This document shows, one piece after another, positions 1-7,542 of a stretch of 26,370 bases of DNA (position 1 is its first letter; every line of letters begins with the position of its first letter). Position numbers and translations under genes: made by a program. The DNA is from an uncultured Candidatus Saccharibacteria bacterium (GTDB lineage Bacteria > Patescibacteriota > Minisyncoccia > Phycocordibacterales > UBA9973). The stretch is taken from NCBI GenBank assembly GCA_964543175.1, contig CAZIWS010000003.1:1-26370 (forward strand), read 5' to 3'. The notes under the pieces were generated by a model. It did no database searches and was not told the origin of the DNA. It worked only from the letters and a program-made list of their open reading frames with translations.

Positions 1-1250
1 GTGTCTCTATCTCGCACGGTCACTGTATCGTTTTCTAAAGTTTCAAAATCTACTACAATGCAAAATGGCGTACCAATTTCATCTTGCCTTCTATATCTTT
101 TACCAATATTGCCATTATCATCCCAAATTACTCTACCAAATTCTTCCTTAAGTGGCGCAAATACTTTAACATTAGCATAATCAACAAGCTCTGGTTTATT
201 TTTAAGTAATGGCGAAACAGCACAAATAACTGGTGCAATACTTGGTTTTAATTTCAAAAATGGACGTTCTATATCTTCTTCATTGTAAGAAGAAAGTAAA
301 ACTGCCAAAACAGCTCGGTCAACACCAAAAGTTGGCTCTATGACATGTGGAAATATCTTTTCTTGACCTGATCCTTTTGAAAGATCTTCGTCTAAGTATT
401 CAAGTCCATGATTTTTTAAATCAAAATCAGTTCTATAGGCTAAACCAAAAAGTTCTTTCTGTCCAAATGGATATTCAAATTCAAAATCAACTGTTCTTTT
501 TGAATAATGAGCCAAATCATCTTCGGGAATTTCAACGTCATGAACTTTTGCCATATCAATACCAACTTCTTCTATCCATTCAAGCATTTCACTTTTCCAA
601 TATTCAAAATATTTTTCCCAATCCTCAGCTCGAAGAAAATATTCAATTTCCATTTGTTCAAATTCTCTTACCCGAAAAATAAAATCTCTTGGGGTAATTT
701 CATTACGAAAAGCTTTACCAATTTGCGCAATACCAAAAGGAAGTTTTGGGTGAAATGCATCTACTGTATTTTTAAAATTAACAAAAATTCCTTGTGCTGT
801 TTCTGGACGCAAATATGAAATAGCTGAAGTGTCTTCTGATACCCCAACTTTTGTTTGAAACATTAAATTAAATTTTTTAGCTTCTACTAAATTTCCTTTA
901 CATTCTTGACATTTTTCTTTATTTTCAATTTGATCAGTTCTAAATCTTTTTTTACATTTTTCACATTCAACCATTGGGTCAGCAAAATTTTCAACATGGC
1001 CTGCTTTTTGCCATACCTCTTGTCTCATTAAAATTGAAGCATCTATTCCATACATATCTCTTCGAGAATCTACAAACTTTTTCCACCAAGAATTTTTTAT
1101 ATTATTTTTTAAGGCTAAGCCAAAATGTCCCCAATCATAAGTTCCAGCTAAACCACCATAAATTTCAGAACCCGAAAAAATAAAACCTCTTCTCTTACAA
1201 AGAGAAACAATTTTTTCCATTAATTCTTTATTTGTATCTTTATTTTTCAT
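1..1250 (-). CDS. glyQS: Glycine--tRNA ligase, homodimeric (alpha2) class II type; 3' end runs off the window
   Basis: Not in the ORF track. Translated by hand from ATG at 1250 (alternative ATG 1220): MKNKDTNKELMEKIVSLCKRRGF..SEIYGGLAGTYDWG, YLRPETAQGIFVNF, FGIAQIGKAFRNEITPRDFIFRVREFEQMEIEYF, PHVIEPTFGVDR, anticodon domain GNIGKRYRRQDEIGTPFCIVVDFETLENDTVTVRDRD. The frame was checked at several points and is open at position 1. Confidence 0.97.
   Translation of the reverse strand, partial: MKNKDTNKELMEKIVSLCKRRGFIFSGSEIYGGLAGTYDWGHFGLALKNNIKNSWWKKFVDSRRDMYGIDASILMRQEVWQKAGHVENFADPMVECEKCKKRFRTDQIENKEKCQECKGNLVEAKKFNLMFQTKVGVSEDTSAISYLRPETAQGIFVNFKNTVDAFHPKLPFGIAQIGKAFRNEITPRDFIFRVREFEQMEIEYFLRAEDWEKYFEYWKSEMLEWIEEVGIDMAKVHDVEIPEDDLAHYSKRTVDFEFEYPFGQKELFGLAYRTDFDLKNHGLEYLDEDLSKGSGQEKIFPHVIEPTFGVDRAVLAVLLSSYNEEDIERPFLKLKPSIAPVICAVSPLLKNKPELVDYANVKVFAPLKEEFGRVIWDDNGNIGKRYRRQDEIGTPFCIVVDFETLENDTVTVRDRD
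362..383 (-). repeat. Degenerate copy of the CCmTTCGA-N4-CTCAGG element, in frame in glyQS (LSKGSGQ)
   Basis: Minus strand CTTTCAAAAGGATCAGGTCAAG resembles the ileS copy CCATTCGACAAGCTCAGGACAG; it encodes extra residues just before RYFPHVIEP. Confidence 0.5.
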
Positions 1251-1285
1251 TTTTTTATTTTTAAAAATTTTTAAATTAATAAATA

Positions 1286-3220
1286 TTATTCAATAACAAT
1301 TTCACCATAAGTAGGAAAAGATGGGTCATTTAAAAGTCTGGTATTTAAAGAATTTCGGTAAACTTTAATTTCAGCATTAGCAAAATCATCTTTAGCGCTT
1401 AATACAGTTTCATTAATAATAACAGGAGAGGTGTTTAATTGCGAAATAGATGGTTTAAGTGAAATTTGAAAAGCTATTTCTCTACCTTCTTGAGAAATTC
1501 CTGAACCTCTAGACAATGCTCCAATATTCCAAATTAATTCTTTAGAAGAACTATTATATTTTAAATCTTCAGATGGAGGAGAAATATTACCAACAAAATT
1601 AACCCAAGCTGGAAGAGAAGATCGAACTTGAACATTAGAAAGATTATTAGAAGTGTTAGAAATAGCCCAAACAATAGTATAAGTAGTTTCCTGTTCTTTT
1701 TTAGGAGGAATAGGGCCGGAGTTTTTAAAAGGACCAGAGAAATACAAAGCCTTGGTTGCTAAACCAACATCAGAAAGAACTTTAATAACTTTTGATTCAC
1801 TATTTACTAATTTTTGACTAGCATTTCCTTCTAAGGGCTGTTTACCTGAAATAGAAATATCAACATAAACTGAAGGATCAGCAACTATACCACCCACTGA
1901 AGAAAACAATGGGAAAGTTAAAAAATCAAAAGAAACTATTCCATTATCACCCGGATCCACTTCTGAAAAATTATATTCAAAACTTTTATTCCAAACAATA
2001 CTCTTAGTGGAAGAATCATAAAAACCATTTTTAGGATTTATACTTTTTTCATTTATAATATTTCCGGTTATTTTAGCAACAATTTCTAAATCATTTATTT
2101 TAGTATCTAAATTATTAACCCAACGAACCTGCCCAGTAATTTTATTTTTAGAATCAACAACATATTCTCTTTGATAAGAATTATTTACAAAAAGCTTAGC
2201 TTCAATAAAAGGTTTTTTAACTAAAATTTTATGACTTAAGGAATTAAAAATTATACCAATGGATGATTTATCAGAGCTTGACTGAGAACCACTAAAAACA
2301 TGAAAAACTTTTTCTTCTCCATCAAAAACTTCGGCCATTTTTCCAAAAATAGAAATTTCATTTTCAGAGCCTACTTGAATATCACCTAGATTCCAAACAT
2401 TGTCGCCAAAAGAAGGAGTAGGGCTGGCTGAGGTAAATTCAAAGCCAATGGGATAATCCATTTTTAAAAGAATTTGAGAAGCTGAATTAGTAGAATTTAA
2501 ATTAACTTTTACTTTTAAATTTATATCTTGATTTAAGCTAACTTCACTGGGGCCTTCAATTAAAAGATTAATGGGGGCTGAGCTAATGGAAACTTCATGT
2601 AATTTTTCTTTGACAAAAATAGAATTAGAACCTTCTAAACGATATTCTAAAGAAATTCTAATAGGCCTAATGCTACCCTGCTCACCAAAAAGAATTATTT
2701 TTATATTCTCACTTTTAATTCCCCCAGCAGGAATTGTTCCCAATGATTCTCTAATTCTTTCTGTTTCTTTAGATAAATCTCCTGAAGAATTTTTAGGATA
2801 TTCAATTAATAAATCAGATAATAAAAGATTTGAATTATTTTTATTAACTATTTCAATTTGGAGTGGAAGACTTTCTCCTCCAGCAACAAAAGAATTTCCC
2901 AAAACAGTAATTTCGATATTTTTATTAGAAACAGTATTGCCTTTTATAAAAAACATATAGCCTCCATAAAGCAAAGCTAAGATAAAAAAGGCTACTGAAA
3001 AAATAAAAAATTTTTTAAAAATAGAACTTTTTTGAGTAAAAATTTTTTGAGTTTTGGTCATTTTGTCTTTAACGGATTCTTGCCAAGAATCAGGAATTAC
3101 TTTTTTAAAACGAACACTACTAAAGTGATCAACGTGATCATTTTCCATTTGATAATCTCTACTGAAAAGTTTATTTTTAAGTTTTTCTATTCCATTTAAT
3201 TTATCTCTATCATTTAACAT
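1286..3220 (-). CDS. Membrane-anchored hypothetical protein with about four tandem Ig-like (DUF11/CARDB-like) domains
   Basis: 644-aa ORF with one hydrophobic helix (FFIFSVAFFILALLYGGYMFFI) followed by repeated beta-rich units: YP..F...W.LG....G (DYPIGFEF..VWNLGDIQVG; SLPAWVNF..IWNIGALSRG; EYPKN..LGTIPAG; IVWN..EVDPG). Confidence 0.8.
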   Translation of the reverse strand: MLNDRDKLNGIEKLKNKLFSRDYQMENDHVDHFSSVRFKKVIPDSWQESVKDKMTKTQKIFTQKSSIFKKFFIFSVAFFILALLYGGYMFFIKGNTVSNKNIEITVLGNSFVAGGESLPLQIEIVNKNNSNLLLSDLLIEYPKNSSGDLSKETERIRESLGTIPAGGIKSENIKIILFGEQGSIRPIRISLEYRLEGSNSIFVKEKLHEVSISSAPINLLIEGPSEVSLNQDINLKVKVNLNSTNSASQILLKMDYPIGFEFTSASPTPSFGDNVWNLGDIQVGSENEISIFGKMAEVFDGEEKVFHVFSGSQSSSDKSSIGIIFNSLSHKILVKKPFIEAKLFVNNSYQREYVVDSKNKITGQVRWVNNLDTKINDLEIVAKITGNIINEKSINPKNGFYDSSTKSIVWNKSFEYNFSEVDPGDNGIVSFDFLTFPLFSSVGGIVADPSVYVDISISGKQPLEGNASQKLVNSESKVIKVLSDVGLATKALYFSGPFKNSGPIPPKKEQETTYTIVWAISNTSNNLSNVQVRSSLPAWVNFVGNISPPSEDLKYNSSSKELIWNIGALSRGSGISQEGREIAFQISLKPSISQLNTSPVIINETVLSAKDDFANAEIKVYRNSLNTRLLNDPSFPTYGEIVIE

Positions 3221-3226
3221 TTGTTA

Positions 3227-3256
3227 ATTATAACCTTTTTGGGTGCTATTTTACAA
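3227..3256 (-). promoter_or_regulatory. Putative sigma70 promoter for the 644-aa gene (leaderless)
   Basis: TTGTAA (3256->3251), 18-nt spacer, TATAAT (3232->3227), 6 nt, then ATG at 3220. Confidence 0.6.
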
Positions 3257-3832
3257 ATGGCTTTCTTTTAATGCTTTATTTATTTCCATAAAAATAAATT
3301 TTTTATTTTTACTGGTTTTAAGTATTAATTCTTCTCCTAGGGGTAAATTGACAATTTCTTTGTTTATTTTAGCATCACCAATGTAACCTAAATTGTTTAA
3401 TAATCGTAAAACAATTATGGCTTCAATGTTTTTTAAGTCTTCAGTTGTTTCATATTTTTCTAAAAAAGATAAACCGTTTAACAAAACATCAAATAATTTT
3501 TTATTTAAATCTTCACCAATGATTAACCTTTTTAATAATTGAGAAATATTAAAAACTATTTCTAGGGTTTCTTTTTTCTTAGAAACTTTCTCTAATTTAT
3601 TAATTTTAGAAGCACTGGTTATTCGCCAAAAATCTTTTCCTTTAACTAAATCTAGTTTAGCGTAGCTAAAATCCTGCAAAACAAAGCGAAGCTTAGAAGA
3701 TAATTTTCTAATTCCTTGAGCTGAAGCATAAATCATACCCAGATCACGAGTAAAAATATGAAAATATTTATCAGCCTCTCGATAATTTTTACTACCCAAA
3801 ATCAATCCTTCAGTATGATAAATATGATGCAT
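3251..3832 (-). CDS. recO: DNA repair protein RecO (short form)
   Basis: N-terminal OB-fold pattern HTEGLILGSKNYREADKYFHIFTRDLGMIYASAQGIRKLSSKLR and C-terminal LRLLNNLGY. Confidence 0.9.
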   Translation of the reverse strand: MHHIYHTEGLILGSKNYREADKYFHIFTRDLGMIYASAQGIRKLSSKLRFVLQDFSYAKLDLVKGKDFWRITSASKINKLEKVSKKKETLEIVFNISQLLKRLIIGEDLNKKLFDVLLNGLSFLEKYETTEDLKNIEAIIVLRLLNNLGYIGDAKINKEIVNLPLGEELILKTSKNKKFIFMEINKALKESHL

Positions 3833-3879
3833 AAAGTTCGCTAAATAAAAATAAATAAATTAAATATATTTAAATAATC

Positions 3880-6800
3880 TTATTTTTTAATAGAAATCTT
3901 AAAAAATAAATTATCAATTTTTATTTCCTCGCCATTGTTTTCAGAAAAATTAATATTTTTTGCATTAACTGTTTTAATTAAATTAATTTCAAACTTTTTT
4001 AACAATTCTTCTCCAGTTTTATCTGTTTCAATTTCTAAAACTATCTCATCACTTGGATTTAAGTTAGCTTTTTTGCGTAAACCTTGAACTGCTCTAACAA
4101 ATTCACGATAGCACCCTTCTTTTTTTAATTCTTCGGTAATTTCTAAATTAAGTTCAATTTCTTCAGAAAGATTCTGATCAAAAACAATTTCTTTTACATT
4201 TAACTCATCTTGAATTAATTCTAAATATTCTTCTGATAATTTTATACTTTTTACCTTTAGCTCATTGAGCGGTTGCCTAACTGGAATACCAGCTTTTTGT
4301 CTAGACTGTAAACCTAAAGTTACAATTTTTCTAATCTTTTCCATTTCATTTATAATCTTTTTATCATTCTTCCCCCCAAAAACTCTGTCAAAGATGCCCT
4401 TTGACATTTTTGGCCAGGTGGCTAAATGAATGCTTTGTTCGTCTTGATTGTTTTTTAATTTTTGCCAAATATCTTCAGCAGAGAATGGAGCAAAAGGAGC
4501 CATTAATTTAGCAAGATTTTTTAAAACATAATATAAAGTTTTTCTCGCCTCGCCATAGCTTTGTGCGGAGGCGGATTGACTTGCCTCTTCTTTAATACGC
4601 TCTCGTGAACGACGCAAATACCATGTTGAAAGATCGTCAATAAATTCACGTATGGCCCTAACTGGTTCAATTAATTTATAGTTATTTAATTTTTCAGTAC
4701 AAAGAATATTTAATTCTTTAAATCTATTTAAAATCCAAATATCAAGAACGTTTAAATTATTTTTAGGTTCATGGTTGCTATTTTCTAATGAAGGATCTCT
4801 ATAAAGTTCATAAAAAGCTAAAACATTATAAAGTAAATTAAAAATTTTATTATGTAATTCAGAAACAGTTTTTTCGTCAAAGTTTTTTGATTCACCTGGC
4901 TGATTAACTGAATACATCCAAAGTCTTAATGTGTCTACTCCATATTTATCGATCATCACCCACGGATCAACAACATTACCAAGTGACTTACTCATTTTCT
5001 TGCCACTAGCATCAAGTAAGTGGCCTAAACAAATTACATTTTTATAAGCTTTTCCTTTGCCCATAATTGAGCCAACAGCATGAAGAGTATAAAACCATCC
5101 TCTAGTTTGGTCTATTGCTTCTGAAATAAAATCAGCTGGATAACCCTTGCCACTATCTATTAAATCTTTATTTTCAAAAGGATAATGGTCTTGAGCAAAA
5201 GGCATTGCTCCAGAGTCAAACCAAACATCCATTACTTCTTTAGTTCTTTCTAATTTTCCACCACAAGTCTGTCCTGAGCTTGTCGAATGGTCACAAATCA
5301 AACTAATTTGATCAATATACGGTTTATGTAAATCTAAATTAAAATTATTATCATGAGGCATTGGAATAAAATCTAATTTTCTTACTTCAGCATTTTGAAA
5401 AACTGGAAACTTTTTTCGATAATCTAAAATATTTTTAAAATTAAAATCTAAATAATCAGTACTAAAAGACAAGCGAGCAACTGATTCATGAGAGATAATA
5501 AGAATATTTTTATTTTGGTATTTTTTTTCAATATCGTATAAAAATTCAGAAATTCTTTTTTTAACATCTAAAAGAGATTCCGCTTTTTCTTGGGCATTTT
5601 CAAAAAAATTAGGATATTCAGCCCATTTTTTACCTTGATAATTACCTGCATTTAGTTCCCATAATCTAGAGTCAAAAATAATTTGATCTTCTGAAAGATT
5701 TAATTCTTTTAAAACAATTTCAGCTGTTTCTTTTGTGCGCACAAAATCTGAAGCAAAAATTAAATCAATATTTAAATCTTTTAATTTTTTAGTAGCCTCT
5801 AATACTTGTTTTTTTCCTAAGGTCGTTAAGTTATCTAAATCATCTTTTTTAGAACTAATTTTAAAAGTTAAATTACTTTGTGCTTCTCCATGACGCATAA
5901 TAAAATATTTATTTCCAGATTTTTTTGTTTTACTTTTTAAATCAGCAATCCCATTAAATACTTCAACTTTATTACATTTATCACAATGCCAAATAGGAAG
6001 AGGTGTTCCCCAATATCTTTCTCGAGAAATTGCCCAATCTTTTATTTCCCGAAGCCACTCACCAAAACGACCTTCTTTAATATGATCTGGTTCCCAGTTT
6101 ATTTCTTTGTTTTCTTTAACCATTTGGTTTCTTAAAGAAGTCATTTTTAAATACCAAGAATCTCGAGCATAATAAATAAGAGCGGTTTTACAGCGCCAAC
6201 AGTGTGGATATGCGTGTTCATATTTTTCTTTTTTCAAAAGTAAATTTCTAGCGGCTAAATCTTTAATAATATCAACTGCCACCTCTTCATCACGAACAAA
6301 TCTTTTTTCTAAAAAACCTGTACCAGTAAAAAATTTACCATCAAGTCCAACTAAATGATGTTTTGGTAAGTTAATTTTATTTCCTAAAACAAAATCATCT
6401 TGTCCATACATAACTGCAGTGTGAACAACTCCGGTTCCATCTTGGGTTGTTACAAAATCAGCATTATAAATTTTATAAGCATTTACTAATTTTTCTTTTT
6501 CTAAACCAGAAATTAAGTTTTGGGTAAATAAATAAAGTGGTTCATATTCAAGTCCAATTAAATCTTTACCTTTAAATTCTTCTATAATTTCATATTCCCC
6601 ATCCAAAACTGAAATTCTTTCCTTAGCAAGAATATAAAATTCATTTTCTTTTTTAATTTTTATATAAATAATTTCTTCGCCTATTGCCAAAGCAACATTA
6701 CCAGGCAAAGTCCAAGGAGTTGTTGTCCAAGCTAGAATAAAAACACTCTCTTGATTTTTAACTTTAAACTTAACATAAACTGATAAATCTTTTACTGTTT

Positions 6801-7422
6801 CATACCCTTGAGCTAATTCATGTGAAGAAAGTCCAGTTCCGCAACGAGGACACCAAGGCACAACTTTATAATCTTTATAAAGTAATCCTTGCTTATTAGC
6901 TTCTTTAATAACATTCCAAACAGATTCAATATATTTATTATGATAAGTTACATAAGGATTTTCTTGATCTACCCAAAAACCAATTCTTTCGGTAAATTTA
7001 TTCCAATATTCTAAATAATTCCAAACACTTTCTTTACACTTTTGATTAAAAGGCCCAATACCATATTCTTCAATTTCTTTTTTAGAAGTAAGGCCAAGTT
7101 CTTTTTCTACCTGAAGCTCAACTGGAAGACCGTGAGTATCCCAACCTCCTTTTCTAGCAACATGAAAACCTTGCATTGTTTTGTAACGAGGAATCACGTC
7201 TTTAAACGCTCGGGCTTCTAAATGATGAATACCTGGTTTACCATTAGCAGTTGGAGGGCCTTCATAAAAAACATATCTACCTTTTTTACCCTTCGAAGAG
7301 CTCAGGGTTTTCTCAAAAATTTTATTTTCTTGCCAAAATTTTAAAATTGCTTCTTCGCGAAGCGCTGATTCTGATTTATTACTTATCTCGAACTTAGTCG
7401 AGGCATTTTCTTCATTGTTCAT
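3880..7422 (-). CDS. ileS: Isoleucine--tRNA ligase type 2 with an inserted histidine-phosphatase domain
   Basis: FYEGPPTANGKPGIHH, GWDTHGLPVE, AWTTTPWTLPGN, GTGVVHTA, DWAISRERYWGTPLPIW, DVWFDSGAMP, EAIDQTRGWFY, KMSKSLGN, WYLRRSR; long IleRS2-type C-terminus (RQKAGIPVRQPL). Confidence 0.98.
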   Translation of the reverse strand: MNNEENASTKFEISNKSESALREEAILKFWQENKIFEKTLSSSKGKKGRYVFYEGPPTANGKPGIHHLEARAFKDVIPRYKTMQGFHVARKGGWDTHGLPVELQVEKELGLTSKKEIEEYGIGPFNQKCKESVWNYLEYWNKFTERIGFWVDQENPYVTYHNKYIESVWNVIKEANKQGLLYKDYKVVPWCPRCGTGLSSHELAQGYETVKDLSVYVKFKVKNQESVFILAWTTTPWTLPGNVALAIGEEIIYIKIKKENEFYILAKERISVLDGEYEIIEEFKGKDLIGLEYEPLYLFTQNLISGLEKEKLVNAYKIYNADFVTTQDGTGVVHTAVMYGQDDFVLGNKINLPKHHLVGLDGKFFTGTGFLEKRFVRDEEVAVDIIKDLAARNLLLKKEKYEHAYPHCWRCKTALIYYARDSWYLKMTSLRNQMVKENKEINWEPDHIKEGRFGEWLREIKDWAISRERYWGTPLPIWHCDKCNKVEVFNGIADLKSKTKKSGNKYFIMRHGEAQSNLTFKISSKKDDLDNLTTLGKKQVLEATKKLKDLNIDLIFASDFVRTKETAEIVLKELNLSEDQIIFDSRLWELNAGNYQGKKWAEYPNFFENAQEKAESLLDVKKRISEFLYDIEKKYQNKNILIISHESVARLSFSTDYLDFNFKNILDYRKKFPVFQNAEVRKLDFIPMPHDNNFNLDLHKPYIDQISLICDHSTSSGQTCGGKLERTKEVMDVWFDSGAMPFAQDHYPFENKDLIDSGKGYPADFISEAIDQTRGWFYTLHAVGSIMGKGKAYKNVICLGHLLDASGKKMSKSLGNVVDPWVMIDKYGVDTLRLWMYSVNQPGESKNFDEKTVSELHNKIFNLLYNVLAFYELYRDPSLENSNHEPKNNLNVLDIWILNRFKELNILCTEKLNNYKLIEPVRAIREFIDDLSTWYLRRSRERIKEEASQSASAQSYGEARKTLYYVLKNLAKLMAPFAPFSAEDIWQKLKNNQDEQSIHLATWPKMSKGIFDRVFGGKNDKKIINEMEKIRKIVTLGLQSRQKAGIPVRQPLNELKVKSIKLSEEYLELIQDELNVKEIVFDQNLSEEIELNLEITEELKKEGCYREFVRAVQGLRKKANLNPSDEIVLEIETDKTGEELLKKFEINLIKTVNAKNINFSENNGEEIKIDNLFFKISIKK
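4547..4575 (-). repeat. Short GC-rich hairpin element in frame in ileS (SASAQSYGEA)
   Basis: TCCGCCTCCGCACAAAGCTATGGCGAGGC; the GCCTC/GAGGC arms pair; it encodes extra residues after the WYLRRSRER helix. Confidence 0.6.
5269..5290 (-). repeat. CCmTTCGA-N4-CTCAGG element in frame in ileS (HSTSSGQ)
   Basis: CCATTCGACAAGCTCAGGACAG; shares TTCGA..CTCAGG with the copies at 7288-7308 and 10698-10718. Confidence 0.75.
5368..5913 (-). other. Histidine phosphatase (PGM-like, His_Phos_1) domain embedded in IleRS
   Basis: YFIMRHGEAQSN (RHG, Arg codon 5893-5895), IFASDFVRTKETA, DSRLWELNAG, ESLLDVKKR, NILIISHES (His codon 5488-5490), NAEV. Boundaries are approximate. Confidence 0.9.
7288..7308 (+). repeat. 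CCmTTCGA-N4-CTCAGG element in opposite orientation in ileS (TLSSSKG)
   Basis: ACCCTTCGAAGAGCTCAGGGT with 5-bp terminal inverted repeat ACCCT/AGGGT. Confidence 0.75.
7383..7403 (-). repeat. Related short hairpin element at the ileS N-terminus (ASTKFEI)
   Basis: CCTCGACTAAGTTCGAGATAA; CTCGA/TCGAG stem with a 6-nt loop. Confidence 0.5.
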
Positions 7423-7430
7423 ATTTTATA

Positions 7431-7439
7431 ATCTTATCA
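7431..7439 (-). promoter_or_regulatory. Putative extended -10 promoter for ileS
   Basis: TGA-TAAGAT, 8 nt before the ATG at 7422; no Shine-Dalgarno. Confidence 0.35.
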
Positions 7440-7503
7440 AAAAAATTAACAATTAGAAAGATTTAAATGGGGCTTGATTTTTATTTCAATTTTTATAATT
7501 TAA

Positions 7504-7538
7504 AAACTAACTACTAGAAACTAGTCCCTAGAAACTAA
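7504..7538. repeat. Intergenic heptamer tandem array, 5 x NNNCTAR
   Basis: aaactaa ctactag aaactag tccctag aaactaa, in exact 7-nt phase, starting 4 nt past the argS stop. Confidence 0.8.
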
Positions 7539-7542
7539 TTCT

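Noticed and set aside
347-1183. Plus-strand ORFs 347-682, 507-818 and 974-1183
   Set aside because: They are antisense shadows of glyQS, which occupies 1-1250 on the minus strand; no protein motifs.
2571-2960. Plus-strand 129-aa ORF
   Set aside because: Entirely antisense to the 644-aa gene; no motifs.
7423-7542. T-box or other riboswitch upstream of ileS
   Set aside because: Only 120 nt, with no T-box consensus or terminator/antiterminator, and the likely promoter is adjacent to the ATG.
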